Below are positions 15,997 to 24,779 of a stretch of DNA of 32,000 nt, piece after piece. The notes under the pieces were generated by a model. It did no database searches. It was not told the DNA's origin and saw only the letters and a list, made by a program, of their open reading frames with translations. Location: assembly GCA_963676105.1 (NCBI GenBank), contig OY781039.1, positions 990,001-1,022,000 of the forward strand. The letters run 5' to 3'. The stretch is from Erysipelotrichaceae bacterium. Lineage in GTDB: Bacteria > Bacillota_I > Bacilli_A > Erysipelotrichales > Erysipelotrichaceae. The number at the start of each line of letters is the position of its first letter. Position 1 is the first letter of the stretch. The position numbers and the translations under genes are program-made.

Positions 15997-16032
15997 ATAT
16001 ATAACTATTGACACAATCAATCCACAAACAAA

Positions 16033-16050
16033 AAGCATCCGTAGATGCTT
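16033..16050 (-). terminator. Intrinsic terminator after phoU
   Basis: Minus strand aagcatc-UACG-gatgctt is followed by TTTTGTTTG. Confidence 0.7.
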
Positions 16051-16058
16051 AGTATCTC

Positions 16059-16691
16059 TTATCCAAAGTCAACGTGTTGACCTTTGATTTCATAAATAAT
16101 ATGTTCACAGATATTCTTTGTATGATCTCCTGCACGCTCAATATTTCTAAGCATGGAAACAGTTGGGATAAGTTTAGATATATCATCACCTTTGGTTTCT
16201 AAGTGCGCTAATAGTTTCTTAAAGGCATCATCAATCTTGTCATCTTGAGCAGGGTTTGTAAATGCTGCATCGACATCTAAATCTTCAAATGATTTGATTG
16301 TCGCATCATAGAAATTCAAGAACAACTCACCTAAAGGCTTAATATACTCCAAAAGTGAGTCATCGACTTTATCATTTTTAATGATAAAACGAGCCATGTT
16401 TTTCGCATAATCCCCTATACGCTCTAAATCTGTCGCAATCTTTATACCGGCTAAGATAATACGTAAATCTTTTGCGACTGGATTTAAAAGTGATAATACT
16501 TCAATCGCACGATCATTAATATCCTCATTGGCATTATTCACATACTCATCAAGTTCAATCACATTTAAGGCATTGGTTTTATCACCTGTAATCAAAACTT
16601 CTAAAGCTAAGACATACATTTTACGAACACGAGATGCCATTATCTCAACTTGTTCACGATATAAATTTAATTCTGTATCAATTTTAACCAT
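16059..16691 (-). CDS. phoU: Phosphate signaling complex protein PhoU
   Basis: 210 aa with two PhoU-type repeats (..ATDLERIGDYAKN.. and ..LRNIERAGDHTKN..). It is the last gene of the pst cluster. Confidence 0.92.
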   Translation of the reverse strand: MVKIDTELNLYREQVEIMASRVRKMYVLALEVLITGDKTNALNVIELDEYVNNANEDINDRAIEVLSLLNPVAKDLRIILAGIKIATDLERIGDYAKNMARFIIKNDKVDDSLLEYIKPLGELFLNFYDATIKSFEDLDVDAAFTNPAQDDKIDDAFKKLLAHLETKGDDISKLIPTVSMLRNIERAGDHTKNICEHIIYEIKGQHVDFG

Positions 16692-16709
16692 TTTCTATTT
16701 CTCCTTTAA

Positions 16710-17474
16710 TTAACCAAATCGTCCTGTTATGTAATCTTCAGTCCGTTTATCCTTTGGAATATGGAAGAGTTCCTTAGTCGGACTCTTTTCAATTACTTCT
16801 CCGAGTAGGAAGAAGGCTGTATCATCACTGATACGGGCTGCTTGTTGCATACTGTGCGTTACGATAACAATCGTATAATTTTGTTTTAATTCTTGAATGA
16901 GTTCTTCAATTTTTGCAGTCGCAATCGGATCTAAAGCAGAAGTTGGTTCGTCCATGAGAATGACCTCTGGTTCCATCGCAATCGCACGGGCAATACATAA
17001 ACGTTGTTGTTGACCACCTGATAAACCATAAGCATTATCATGTAGACGATCTTTAACTTCATCCCATAGCGCTGCTTTACGTAAAGACTCTTCACAGACT
17101 TCATCTAGTTTCTTTTTGTTTTTAATATTTTGACAACGAAGACCATAGATAACATTTTCATAAATACTCATTGGGAATGGATTTGGTTTTTGAAAAACCA
17201 TTCCCACCTTTGTTCGAAGATCTACGACATTTATCTCATTTCCTAAGATGTCTTTCCCCTCCATATTGATGTCACCATTAATCGTTACACCAGGGATTAA
17301 ATCATTCATACGATTCAAACATCTCAGTAATGTTGATTTACCACAACCAGAAGGACCGATAAAAGCTGTAACTGCTTTATTTTTAATGTCTAGGTTTATT
17401 CCTTTAAGGGCTTGTTTTTCTCCATAATAGAGATCTAAGTTATTAATTTCAAATACATTGTTCATATCTTTCAC
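16710..17474 (-). CDS. pstB: Phosphate ABC transporter ATP-binding protein PstB
   Basis: Walker [10 protein letters not shown], signature [14 protein letters not shown], Walker [12 protein letters not shown]. PstB-typical context ([28 protein letters not shown]). Confidence 0.95.
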   Translation of the reverse strand: MKDMNNVFEINNLDLYYGEKQALKGINLDIKNKAVTAFIGPSGCGKSTLLRCLNRMNDLIPGVTINGDINMEGKDILGNEINVVDLRTKVGMVFQKPNPFPMSIYENVIYGLRCQNIKNKKKLDEVCEESLRKAALWDEVKDRLHDNAYGLSGGQQQRLCIARAIAMEPEVILMDEPTSALDPIATAKIEELIQELKQNYTIVIVTHSMQQAARISDDTAFFLLGEVIEKSPTKELFHIPKDKRTEDYITGRFG

Positions 17475-18683
17475 CTACCATGTTTTTTGTAAACGTTTCG
17501 CAATAAGCTTAACGCTGAAATTCATTAAGAGTACGATTGCCAAAATAATAATTGAAATGGCAGACGCTAGTTGGAAGTTAGGTTGTTCACCTGACATCAC
17601 TGCCCAAATCTGTACCGCTAGTGATGTCCCTCCATTTAGTAATGTTGGATTATCAGAGACAAATGTTCCCATTGTATAAATCAGAGCTGCGGATTCGCCA
17701 ATGATTCGACCTATTCCCAGTAAGGTTGCGGTAAGGATACCTGGCATCGCTGAGGGCAATACAATTTTAAATATCGTTTGAGAGGTATTGGCCCCTAGTG
17801 ATAATGATGCATCTCTGAAATTTTGAGGAACAACTTTTAAACTTTCTTCTGTGGTTCTAATGATCGTTGGCATTAAGACAATCGACATCGTTAGACCACC
17901 AAGTAGAATACTGGTACCACTAGCCCCAAAGACTGCTGTAATTGGGAATAGAACCAAAACACCCATTAAACCAAAGATGATTGATGGAACCCCTGTTAAG
18001 AGTTCAATTGAGTATCGAATATAAGGTGTAAACTTGGATGTTTTCGCATATTCATTTAAATATATAGCTGTGGCAATCCCTATCGGTAGAGCAAAGAAGA
18101 GTGAAATACCAATGAGGTATAAAGTTGAGATTAACGAACCAAAGATACCGCCACCTTGTGATTGGATAAAAGCAGAATCTAAAGCTACTGAACTATCTAG
18201 TGCGGCCACTGTTTCAGCAGCATTCATATTAACCACATTCCCGGCTGAGCGTGTCACGCCATTACTATTCACATATGCAAACTTTTCAACCCACATTGAG
18301 GTGCTTAGATTTACATCTTCGCCTTCATGTCCAGCTTGTAAGGATGTCGTAGTCCAATACGCTGAATCAGGATCTGCATAAACTATTTCTATGACTGCTT
18401 CATTATGTGGATCTACTTCATCAATCAAGGCAATCCCATAAGCAGTAGAGAAGTAAACATCATCCCCTAAATGTTCAGGTTTAACATAATTTGCAGGTGT
18501 TACTTCATCAAAAGACACCATATAATTATCAGACCAATATGAGCCTGCAAATAAATCAAAGCTCAAGGAAGAAAATCCTTTGGAAAAAATAAAATAGATC
18601 ACTAAAGCTAATACAAAAACAGAAAGTGAGGACATGATATAAACAAGTCCGTTCAATAAATTATCTTTAAGTTTGCGACTCAT
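17475..18683 (-). CDS. pstA: Phosphate ABC transporter permease PstA, with an enlarged first extracytoplasmic loop
   Basis: EAA-loop region (..TTEESLKVVPQNFRDASLSLGANTSQT..) and position between pstC and pstB. It is 402 aa; the extra length lies between TM1 and the next TM (about residues 40-175). Confidence 0.9.
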   Translation of the reverse strand: MSRKLKDNLLNGLVYIMSSLSVFVLALVIYFIFSKGFSSLSFDLFAGSYWSDNYMVSFDEVTPANYVKPEHLGDDVYFSTAYGIALIDEVDPHNEAVIEIVYADPDSAYWTTTSLQAGHEGEDVNLSTSMWVEKFAYVNSNGVTRSAGNVVNMNAAETVAALDSSVALDSAFIQSQGGGIFGSLISTLYLIGISLFFALPIGIATAIYLNEYAKTSKFTPYIRYSIELLTGVPSIIFGLMGVLVLFPITAVFGASGTSILLGGLTMSIVLMPTIIRTTEESLKVVPQNFRDASLSLGANTSQTIFKIVLPSAMPGILTATLLGIGRIIGESAALIYTMGTFVSDNPTLLNGGTSLAVQIWAVMSGEQPNFQLASAISIIILAIVLLMNFSVKLIAKRLQKTW

Positions 18684-19615
18684 TTTGATCCTCCAATTCT
18701 ATTCTTAATAAAATTAATCGATAAATTCGATAAAAGAATAACAATCATCAATACAATCCCAACTGAGAAACGAATATCATAATCTAAACCTTGGGTTTCT
18801 TTTAAACCTGCCAGTAGGGTTGTTGTTAGAGTACGCGTAATATCAAATAAATCAAATGTTGGTCCAAACATTTTATTTCCAGCCACCATAGACACAGCTG
18901 TTGCTTCACCAAACGCACGACCTAAACCTAAAATACCTCCCGCAAAGATTCCTGATTTAGCTGAACTAAGAACCACTTTGAAATTAGTTTGAGTTGTCGT
19001 TGCGCCAAGCGCTAAAGATGCGAGTTCTAAATCACGATCAACGGCTTTAATCGCGGTAATTGATATTGATGTAATGGTTGGAAAAATCATAATCGCTAAA
19101 AGCAATATAACCGCTAAAAGTGAACTACCCCCAGCTGTTTGAACACCAAAATTGAGGGCTAAGTTTTTAACCATAGTCACGATATACCCTGCCGCAAAAA
19201 CCCCATACACAACTGATGGAATAGAGGCGAGTATTTCAACAACTGTTTGAAAAGCTGCCCCAATTTTCTTTGGTGCAATCTTCACAATAAATAAAGCAGT
19301 CAAAACTGATACGGGAAATGAAAGTAATAATGCGCTAAACCCAGATATTACAGTGTTAATTACAATAAATAAAACCCCGTAAATGGCTTGGTCTTGACGC
19401 CACATCGTTCCTGTTAAAAATGCCCATAAATCTTGTTGACCAAATTCATAATTTGGCAAAAATGGTTGAATTCCCTTTTGAGCCACAAAAACAATAATCA
19501 AAACAATCATTAAAGAACTAATGAGGGCTGATGTTGTAAACAAAACTCTAAAGAAAGCATCTTGTTGAAGTTTACGTTTTAATCGTTTTTGATGGTCTAT
19601 TTCGTGTACTGTCAT
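18680..19615 (-). CDS. pstC: Phosphate ABC transporter permease PstC
   Basis: 311-aa polytopic permease with ..AIKAVDRDLELASLALGATTTQT... It overlaps pstA by 4 nt. Confidence 0.9.
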   Translation of the reverse strand: MTVHEIDHQKRLKRKLQQDAFFRVLFTTSALISSLMIVLIIVFVAQKGIQPFLPNYEFGQQDLWAFLTGTMWRQDQAIYGVLFIVINTVISGFSALLLSFPVSVLTALFIVKIAPKKIGAAFQTVVEILASIPSVVYGVFAAGYIVTMVKNLALNFGVQTAGGSSLLAVILLLAIMIFPTITSISITAIKAVDRDLELASLALGATTTQTNFKVVLSSAKSGIFAGGILGLGRAFGEATAVSMVAGNKMFGPTFDLFDITRTLTTTLLAGLKETQGLDYDIRFSVGIVLMIVILLSNLSINFIKNRIGGSK

Positions 19616-19703
19616 AATTGTTATCCTTTATTTAAAAAACGTGTTAAAGACTTAAGTACATGATGTACTTAAGTCTAATCAATCTTAAGTTTTGTCTAAA
19701 TGA

Positions 19704-20639
19704 TTATTGTAATTCTTCCCAAGAACTTAGTGCTCCTGTGAAGACGTCATAGACTTGGGCTTGAGTGATTGATGTTAAAGGGTTGTTAATTTCAACGATA
19801 ACCGCAATACCATCTTTACACATCACACCATTGATTGCGCCATCCGCAACCGTTTCTGTATCTTTAAAATCACGTGATGCGAAACCAATATCAGCTGCGT
19901 TTGCACCATCTTTTTCTTCACCTAAGGTACGTTTGAAACCATCACCTGAACCAGTTTGATCCATTGTGAATTGAACTCCGGTTAAAGCTTGGAAGCTCTC
20001 AAGGGCTGCTTTAACAGCTTTTTCGACAGAAGTAGAACCACCAGTTGAAATGGTATAAGCACTTAAATCAGTTGTCGCAATTGGGTAATCAGCTTTTAAG
20101 TCATCCCAGTTAAGAGCGTTATCGTAAGATACGATACCACCTGCACCCTCAACAACTTCTAAACCTTCAACAGACATTGTCATATAAGCAATAAATGCCA
20201 ACACAACTTCTTCTTGTTCAGTTGATGCAAAGTCACCAGTTGCACGTGTTACGTATGAGAATGGACGGGCAAGCGTATAGTCACCAGCCACAACATTTTC
20301 TTGAGTTGCGTCAACACCTTCAAATTGTAAAGCTTTAACATTGTTTGCCGCAAAGTCAGTAGTCAATGAAGCATAACCAATCGCATTAGTATCTTCCCCG
20401 ACCTTAACAGCCATATCACCATTACCAGAAACTTCAATCGCATTAACGGTTAATTCACCTTCAAAACCAATAATTTCTTCGAAGGCACCACGTGTACCAG
20501 ATGATGCATCACGTGTGTAAACGTTAATATCTCCTGTAACGCCAGCAGGTGTAACATCTTCTTCAGCAGGTGTTGATGAACAACCTGTTAGGATTAAACC
20601 TAAAGTAAGAAGAGGTATTAATTTTTTAATGTATTTCAT
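19704..20639 (-). CDS. pstS: Phosphate-binding lipoprotein PstS
   Basis: ATG at 20639 follows GGAGG; the track start at 20678 lacks an SD. The lipobox is LTLGLILTGC|SS. ..YTRDASSGTRGAFEE.. is typical of PstS-family binding proteins. Confidence 0.9.
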   Translation of the reverse strand: MKYIKKLIPLLTLGLILTGCSSTPAEEDVTPAGVTGDINVYTRDASSGTRGAFEEIIGFEGELTVNAIEVSGNGDMAVKVGEDTNAIGYASLTTDFAANNVKALQFEGVDATQENVVAGDYTLARPFSYVTRATGDFASTEQEEVVLAFIAYMTMSVEGLEVVEGAGGIVSYDNALNWDDLKADYPIATTDLSAYTISTGGSTSVEKAVKAALESFQALTGVQFTMDQTGSGDGFKRTLGEEKDGANAADIGFASRDFKDTETVADGAINGVMCKDGIAVIVEINNPLTSITQAQVYDVFTGALSSWEELQ

Positions 20640-20685
20640 TTTTCCTCCAGAAACATCTCTTTGTTTCGTGTATATCATAAAAAAA

Positions 20686-20713
20686 ACACAAGATGCTTTG
20701 ATGTATCTTGTGT
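20686..20713 (-). terminator. Intrinsic terminator between phoR and pstS
   Basis: The stem acacaagat/atcttgtgt has a 10-nt loop. On the minus strand it is followed by T8. Confidence 0.7.
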
Positions 20714-20727
20714 TAATTAAATGTAAA
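20711..20727 (-). promoter_or_regulatory. Candidate Firmicute-type PhoP box pair upstream of pstS
   Basis: The minus strand reads TTTACA-tttaa-TTAACA. This matches the B. subtilis PhoP repeat TT(A/T/C)ACA with a 5-bp spacer. Only one pair is present, and it abuts the terminator stem. Confidence 0.3.
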
Positions 20728-20742
20728 GAAAAATTAATAAAA

Positions 20743-21951
20743 CTATTTTGGAAACTTAAGCAAGACGGATGTACCTTTATCTATTTCGCTTTCAACGCTT
20801 ATTTCAGCTTGATGCATATTCACATAAGCTTTAACGATCGCTAGCCCTAAACCAGAACCACCACTAAGGCGTGCTCTTGATGTATCACTTCTGAAAAAAC
20901 GATCAAAAATATGACCTAAATCTTCATGTGAAATCCCAATACCTGTATCAACTATTTCAATTAAAGTATGGTTTTTATCTTCATTCACATTAATATTGAT
21001 TTTTCCTTTATACGTGTACTTAGAAGCATTACTGATTAAATTAGTCATTATCTGATGAAATTTCTCAGCATCCACTTTAATTTTTAAATGTTTATCACAA
21101 TTCACATTGATTTGATTTTCATTCTTTAAAATTGATGGATATAAAGACTGAATAGCTGAATCGATAAGATCATTCGCATTGAAAACTTGCGTGTTCAAAA
21201 TCACCTTCGCATTCGCTTGTTTCGATAATTCAGCCAAATCTTTAATAATATTATCCATTCTTTTTGCTTCATCTTGAATATGGTGTAAAAACTCTTTTGA
21301 TGTATCATCATCTTTAAAGTTAGGTCGATTTAATATCTCTACCATACCTAATATTGAAGTTAAAGGTGTTTTGAGTTCATGCGAGGCATCGGCAATAAAA
21401 CGTTTCTGTAAACGTTCACCTTCTAAAAGGGCCGTAATATCTAAAAACATCAACAAACAACCGTTGTAACGCTTCTCATCATAAATAGGGACATTAATCG
21501 CTTGCACATCAATCGCATCCAAACGCATATTTTGACTATAAGCTTCTTCTTTTAAATAAGCTGTACGTACAAAACTAGTGACTTCATCATTTATACTATG
21601 TTGACTATAAATCAAAGGTTTCGATGCATAGAGTTGATTAAAATGTTCATTTGTTAGTTTAAAATCCCCTTGAATATCTAACAAAGCAATTGGAAATGGT
21701 AAGTTTTGTACAATCGTTTCAAGTTGTGATGCTTGAACTTGAGAAAAACGTTCACGCACCTTTGAACTCGATTCTAAACTTGATAATTCTGTTTCATAAG
21801 CTTTAATTCGAAGTTCTAATAATTGTTGATATAAAAGATAATTGATCCCAGCCAAGGTCACAATGATTATCCAAGCTGGTACCACATTTAAAAAAGCTAG
21901 TATGATTCCCAGCCCATTTAAAAAAATTAAACTAATGGCTTGAATTCTCAC
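20743..21951 (-). CDS. phoR: Sensor histidine kinase, PhoR-like
   Basis: Two N-terminal TMs with almost no external loop, then a PAS-like segment. HisKA is FIADASHELKTPLT. The HATPase_c motifs are NLISNASKY, DTGIGI and GGSGLGLAIV. Adjacent to pst. Confidence 0.8.
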   Translation of the reverse strand: MRIQAISLIFLNGLGIILAFLNVVPAWIIIVTLAGINYLLYQQLLELRIKAYETELSSLESSSKVRERFSQVQASQLETIVQNLPFPIALLDIQGDFKLTNEHFNQLYASKPLIYSQHSINDEVTSFVRTAYLKEEAYSQNMRLDAIDVQAINVPIYDEKRYNGCLLMFLDITALLEGERLQKRFIADASHELKTPLTSILGMVEILNRPNFKDDDTSKEFLHHIQDEAKRMDNIIKDLAELSKQANAKVILNTQVFNANDLIDSAIQSLYPSILKNENQINVNCDKHLKIKVDAEKFHQIMTNLISNASKYTYKGKININVNEDKNHTLIEIVDTGIGISHEDLGHIFDRFFRSDTSRARLSGGSGLGLAIVKAYVNMHQAEISVESEIDKGTSVLLKFPK

Positions 21952-22631
21952 TCAGCTACCTCACAACGATATCCCACACCGCGTAATGATGAAATTTCTA
22001 CCTTTGACTTTGATAGTTTTTGACGCAACTTAGAAATATGGACATCAACAATGCGTGTATCACCATCATAATCAAAACCCCATAAATCATTAAGGATTTG
22101 ATCACGAGATAAAACATTCCCTTTTTCTTTACCTAATAATAAAAGCAAATCAAATTCTACTTTAGTTAAGAAAATGAGTTCATTATTAAATTTAACTTCA
22201 CGACGGACCGGATGAATAGAGACATTCCCTAATTGAATGACTTGATTTTGATTACTTTGTAGACGAGATAAATGCGTTTTGAGTCGAACAAGTAATTCTC
22301 GTGATGAAAATGGTTTACTTAAATAATCATCAACTCCTGCTTCAAAGGCTTCAATCAAATCTTCTTCTTCAGATTTAGCCGTCAACATGATAATGAGATG
22401 ACTATCCCCTTTTTCTCGTAATTTGCGCACAAAACCTAAACCATCTAAAACAGGCATCATCCAATCAACGATATATGCATCAAATTCGTATGATTTTGTA
22501 GCCTCTAGTGCTTCTTGTCCATTTTCAAAACTAGACACTTCATAATTAGCGGACTTTAAATCATACGCCACTAAGCGTCTGATATTCTTTTCATCATCTA
22601 CTAGACAGATATGTTGTTTTTTATCACTCAT
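21948..22631 (-). CDS. phoP: OmpR/PhoB-family response regulator, PhoP-like
   Basis: The receiver domain has ..CLVDDE.., ..IVDWMMP.. and ..LTAKSEE..SKPF... The winged-helix C-terminus has ..TRIVDVHISKLRQKL..GVGYR... It overlaps phoR by 4 nt. Confidence 0.85.
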   Translation of the reverse strand: MSDKKQHICLVDDEKNIRRLVAYDLKSANYEVSSFENGQEALEATKSYEFDAYIVDWMMPVLDGLGFVRKLREKGDSHLIIMLTAKSEEEDLIEAFEAGVDDYLSKPFSSRELLVRLKTHLSRLQSNQNQVIQLGNVSIHPVRREVKFNNELIFLTKVEFDLLLLLGKEKGNVLSRDQILNDLWGFDYDGDTRIVDVHISKLRQKLSKSKVEISSLRGVGYRCEVAE

Positions 22632-22674
22632 AATTAATTTAATTATATCTTATCCTGAATTAATAATTGTTTAT

Positions 22675-23298
22675 TTACTGTAAAGATTGAAGTGATACAA
22701 ATGCCCCACAATCTTGAGTACTCTCTAACCAAAGCTTTAAATCAATCTCAATTTTCTTTCCTTGGTCTAAAATCATTGCCTTACAAGTGTTTCCATCATA
22801 ACTAATTTGATACAATACCACCCAATGCCAACGATCAAGTAAATGCTCATCACCATTATGTCGATTTAAAAAGGCAACTAAAAAATTTTGGCTTAATGAT
22901 TCTTCTAGAAATGTTATTAATTCATCAATCTTAATTCGACTATTCTTATGTTTATCCACTAGAATATGACGAATATCATAATTAAGTTTGTACTTTTTTA
23001 AATAACGATTTAAGCCTTTTGTAAATTTATGATAGACATGAACGCCCATCATACCTGGGGTTATATGTTTCCACATACCATTCATAATTTGTCTTATACT
23101 CTCTTCATGGATTGGATTTTCTTCACACAAATCTTTGCGATATTCATACAAAATCAAATTAGAGGCAGCAGTTGGTCCACACCCTGACATCTTTTTCCAT
23201 TTACTCGAATAAAATTCTTGTTGGGCAGCATAAGATACATTTCCTTGTTTATCTAAAATCTTTAACTTTTCAACTGCTTGTATAGATACCGTTTTCAT
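22675..23298 (-). CDS. Hypothetical cytoplasmic protein, possible C39-like (papain-fold) Cys/His peptidase domain
   Basis: 207 aa with no signal peptide. MSGCGPTAASNLILY resembles the C39_2-type catalytic Cys context. A later ..RWHWVVLYQ..(18 aa)..ILDQG could supply the His/Asp. Confidence 0.35.
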   Translation of the reverse strand: MKTVSIQAVEKLKILDKQGNVSYAAQQEFYSSKWKKMSGCGPTAASNLILYEYRKDLCEENPIHEESIRQIMNGMWKHITPGMMGVHVYHKFTKGLNRYLKKYKLNYDIRHILVDKHKNSRIKIDELITFLEESLSQNFLVAFLNRHNGDEHLLDRWHWVVLYQISYDGNTCKAMILDQGKKIEIDLKLWLESTQDCGAFVSLQSLQ

Positions 23299-23384
23299 AC
23301 ACTTATTTTAACATTTTCGTGGTCAATGTCTTTGTGAATGACTAAGACCTTTGTATAATAGAATAAGTGAAATAGGAGATTATT

Positions 23385-24134
23385 ATGAACCCAAAATTTG
23401 AAAACTTAGTCACGACCCTTCAACATAGAACGATTCGTGCCTTTAAAAATGAAGCTTTAAAAGACGAAGAAGTTAAAGCCTTAATTGATGTCGCCCAAAG
23501 AACAGCCACATCATCTGGTCAGCAAGCTGCCTCAATTATTAGAGTCACAGACCCTGAAAAGAAACTCGCTATCTCGAAAATCTGTAATCAAACATATGTG
23601 GCAGAAGCTGCGGAGTTATGGATTTTCTTAGCTGATAATAAACGTAATCGTGATATTGCCCTCGCAAAAGGTAACGAAACAACCAATGCTGATTATTTCT
23701 ATAAATTCATCCCGGCTTTTACAGATGCGATACTCATGTCGCAAAATGTCGTTAATGCGGCAGAAAACCTAGGACTTGGAACTGTTTATTTAGGCAGTAT
23801 CCACAACGATATCCCTCAACTCATTGAAATTATGGAACTTCCAGAACTCACTTTCCCGGCATTAGGTTTAGCTTTTGGTTATGCTAATCAAGAACCACAA
23901 CTTAAACCACGTATGGATATGAGCTTTAGACTCTTTGAAAACACGTATCGCAAGGAAGCTTATACAGTCGAAGAATTTTCTGATTACGATAAAGTAATGC
24001 AAACTTACTATGATTTACGCAACGCAAATCAACGTGTAGATTGCTTTACTGATCAAATCGCAAAAGGCTATAAAACGCCTTCTAAACGAAGTAACTTCTT
24101 AGAAGAAATCCAAAACCAAGGTTTCAAGAAGTAA
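23385..24134 (+). CDS. Oxygen-insensitive NADPH nitroreductase (NfsA/NfrA family)
   Basis: 249 aa. The N-terminus is ..LQHRTIRAFKNEALKDEEVKALIDVAQRTATSSGQQAASII... SD AGGAG and an upstream TGTATAAT are present. Confidence 0.85.
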   Translation: MNPKFENLVTTLQHRTIRAFKNEALKDEEVKALIDVAQRTATSSGQQAASIIRVTDPEKKLAISKICNQTYVAEAAELWIFLADNKRNRDIALAKGNETTNADYFYKFIPAFTDAILMSQNVVNAAENLGLGTVYLGSIHNDIPQLIEIMELPELTFPALGLAFGYANQEPQLKPRMDMSFRLFENTYRKEAYTVEEFSDYDKVMQTYYDLRNANQRVDCFTDQIAKGYKTPSKRSNFLEEIQNQGFKK

Positions 24135-24135
24135 A

Positions 24136-24753
24136 ATGACTAAAGATCCTTATAATCCAAAAATAAAAGAACATTTACACGTCTTTGATTTAAACAATGA
24201 TGAAGACAAAGTTTATGATACTCATTTTAAAGATATGAGATTATCTGATAGCTCAAACATTGATTTTGATGGATGTCGCTTTGAAAATGTCATTCTCGAT
24301 TGTGATGATGAAACTCATTCATTTATCGATTGTGAGTTCATTAACTGTGATTGCTCAAATTCAAGTTTAAAGTCATCTTATTTACATCGCTGTAATTTTA
24401 AAGAATGCAAAGGTATTGGGACAAACTTTATTAAATCAAAGATCTCATATACAACTTTTAAGGATTGTAAGTTTTCATTAACCAATTTCTCTGAATCCAT
24501 TTTCGATCATAGTCGTTTCATTGATTCAGAATTTTCACAGTCGACATTTGTGTACTGTAAACTTAAAGATTTCATAACAGAGAACATCGATTTTAGTGAC
24601 AGTGACTTCAGTGCCACATCACTTGAGAATTGCGACTTTTCAACTAATCATCTACACAACGTTCGTGTTAGTGCAGATTTAGTGAATGGATTAAGTATCA
24701 ATGAACAACAAGCCATTAGCTTTGCGAAGTTATTTGGTCTAATCGTAAAATAA
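24136..24753 (+). CDS. Pentapeptide-repeat protein, Qnr/EfsQnr-like in size and C-terminus
   Basis: Continuous pentapeptide repeats (DFDGCRFENVILDCD..CEFINCDCSNSSLKSSYLHRCNFKECKG..TNFSESIFDHSRFIDSEFSQSTF..). It is 205 aa. The C-terminal LSINEQQAISFAKLFGLIVK resembles the EfsQnr end (..VTPEQAIYLASALGLVIT). Confidence 0.8.
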   Translation: MTKDPYNPKIKEHLHVFDLNNDEDKVYDTHFKDMRLSDSSNIDFDGCRFENVILDCDDETHSFIDCEFINCDCSNSSLKSSYLHRCNFKECKGIGTNFIKSKISYTTFKDCKFSLTNFSESIFDHSRFIDSEFSQSTFVYCKLKDFITENIDFSDSDFSATSLENCDFSTNHLHNVRVSADLVNGLSINEQQAISFAKLFGLIVK

Positions 24754-24778
24754 GTCTCATCAGTTGATGAGACTTTTA
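24753..24778. terminator. Bidirectional terminator between convergent genes
   Basis: agtctcatc-agtt-gatgagact is followed by TTTTATTT. Confidence 0.7.
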
Positions 24779-24779
24779 T

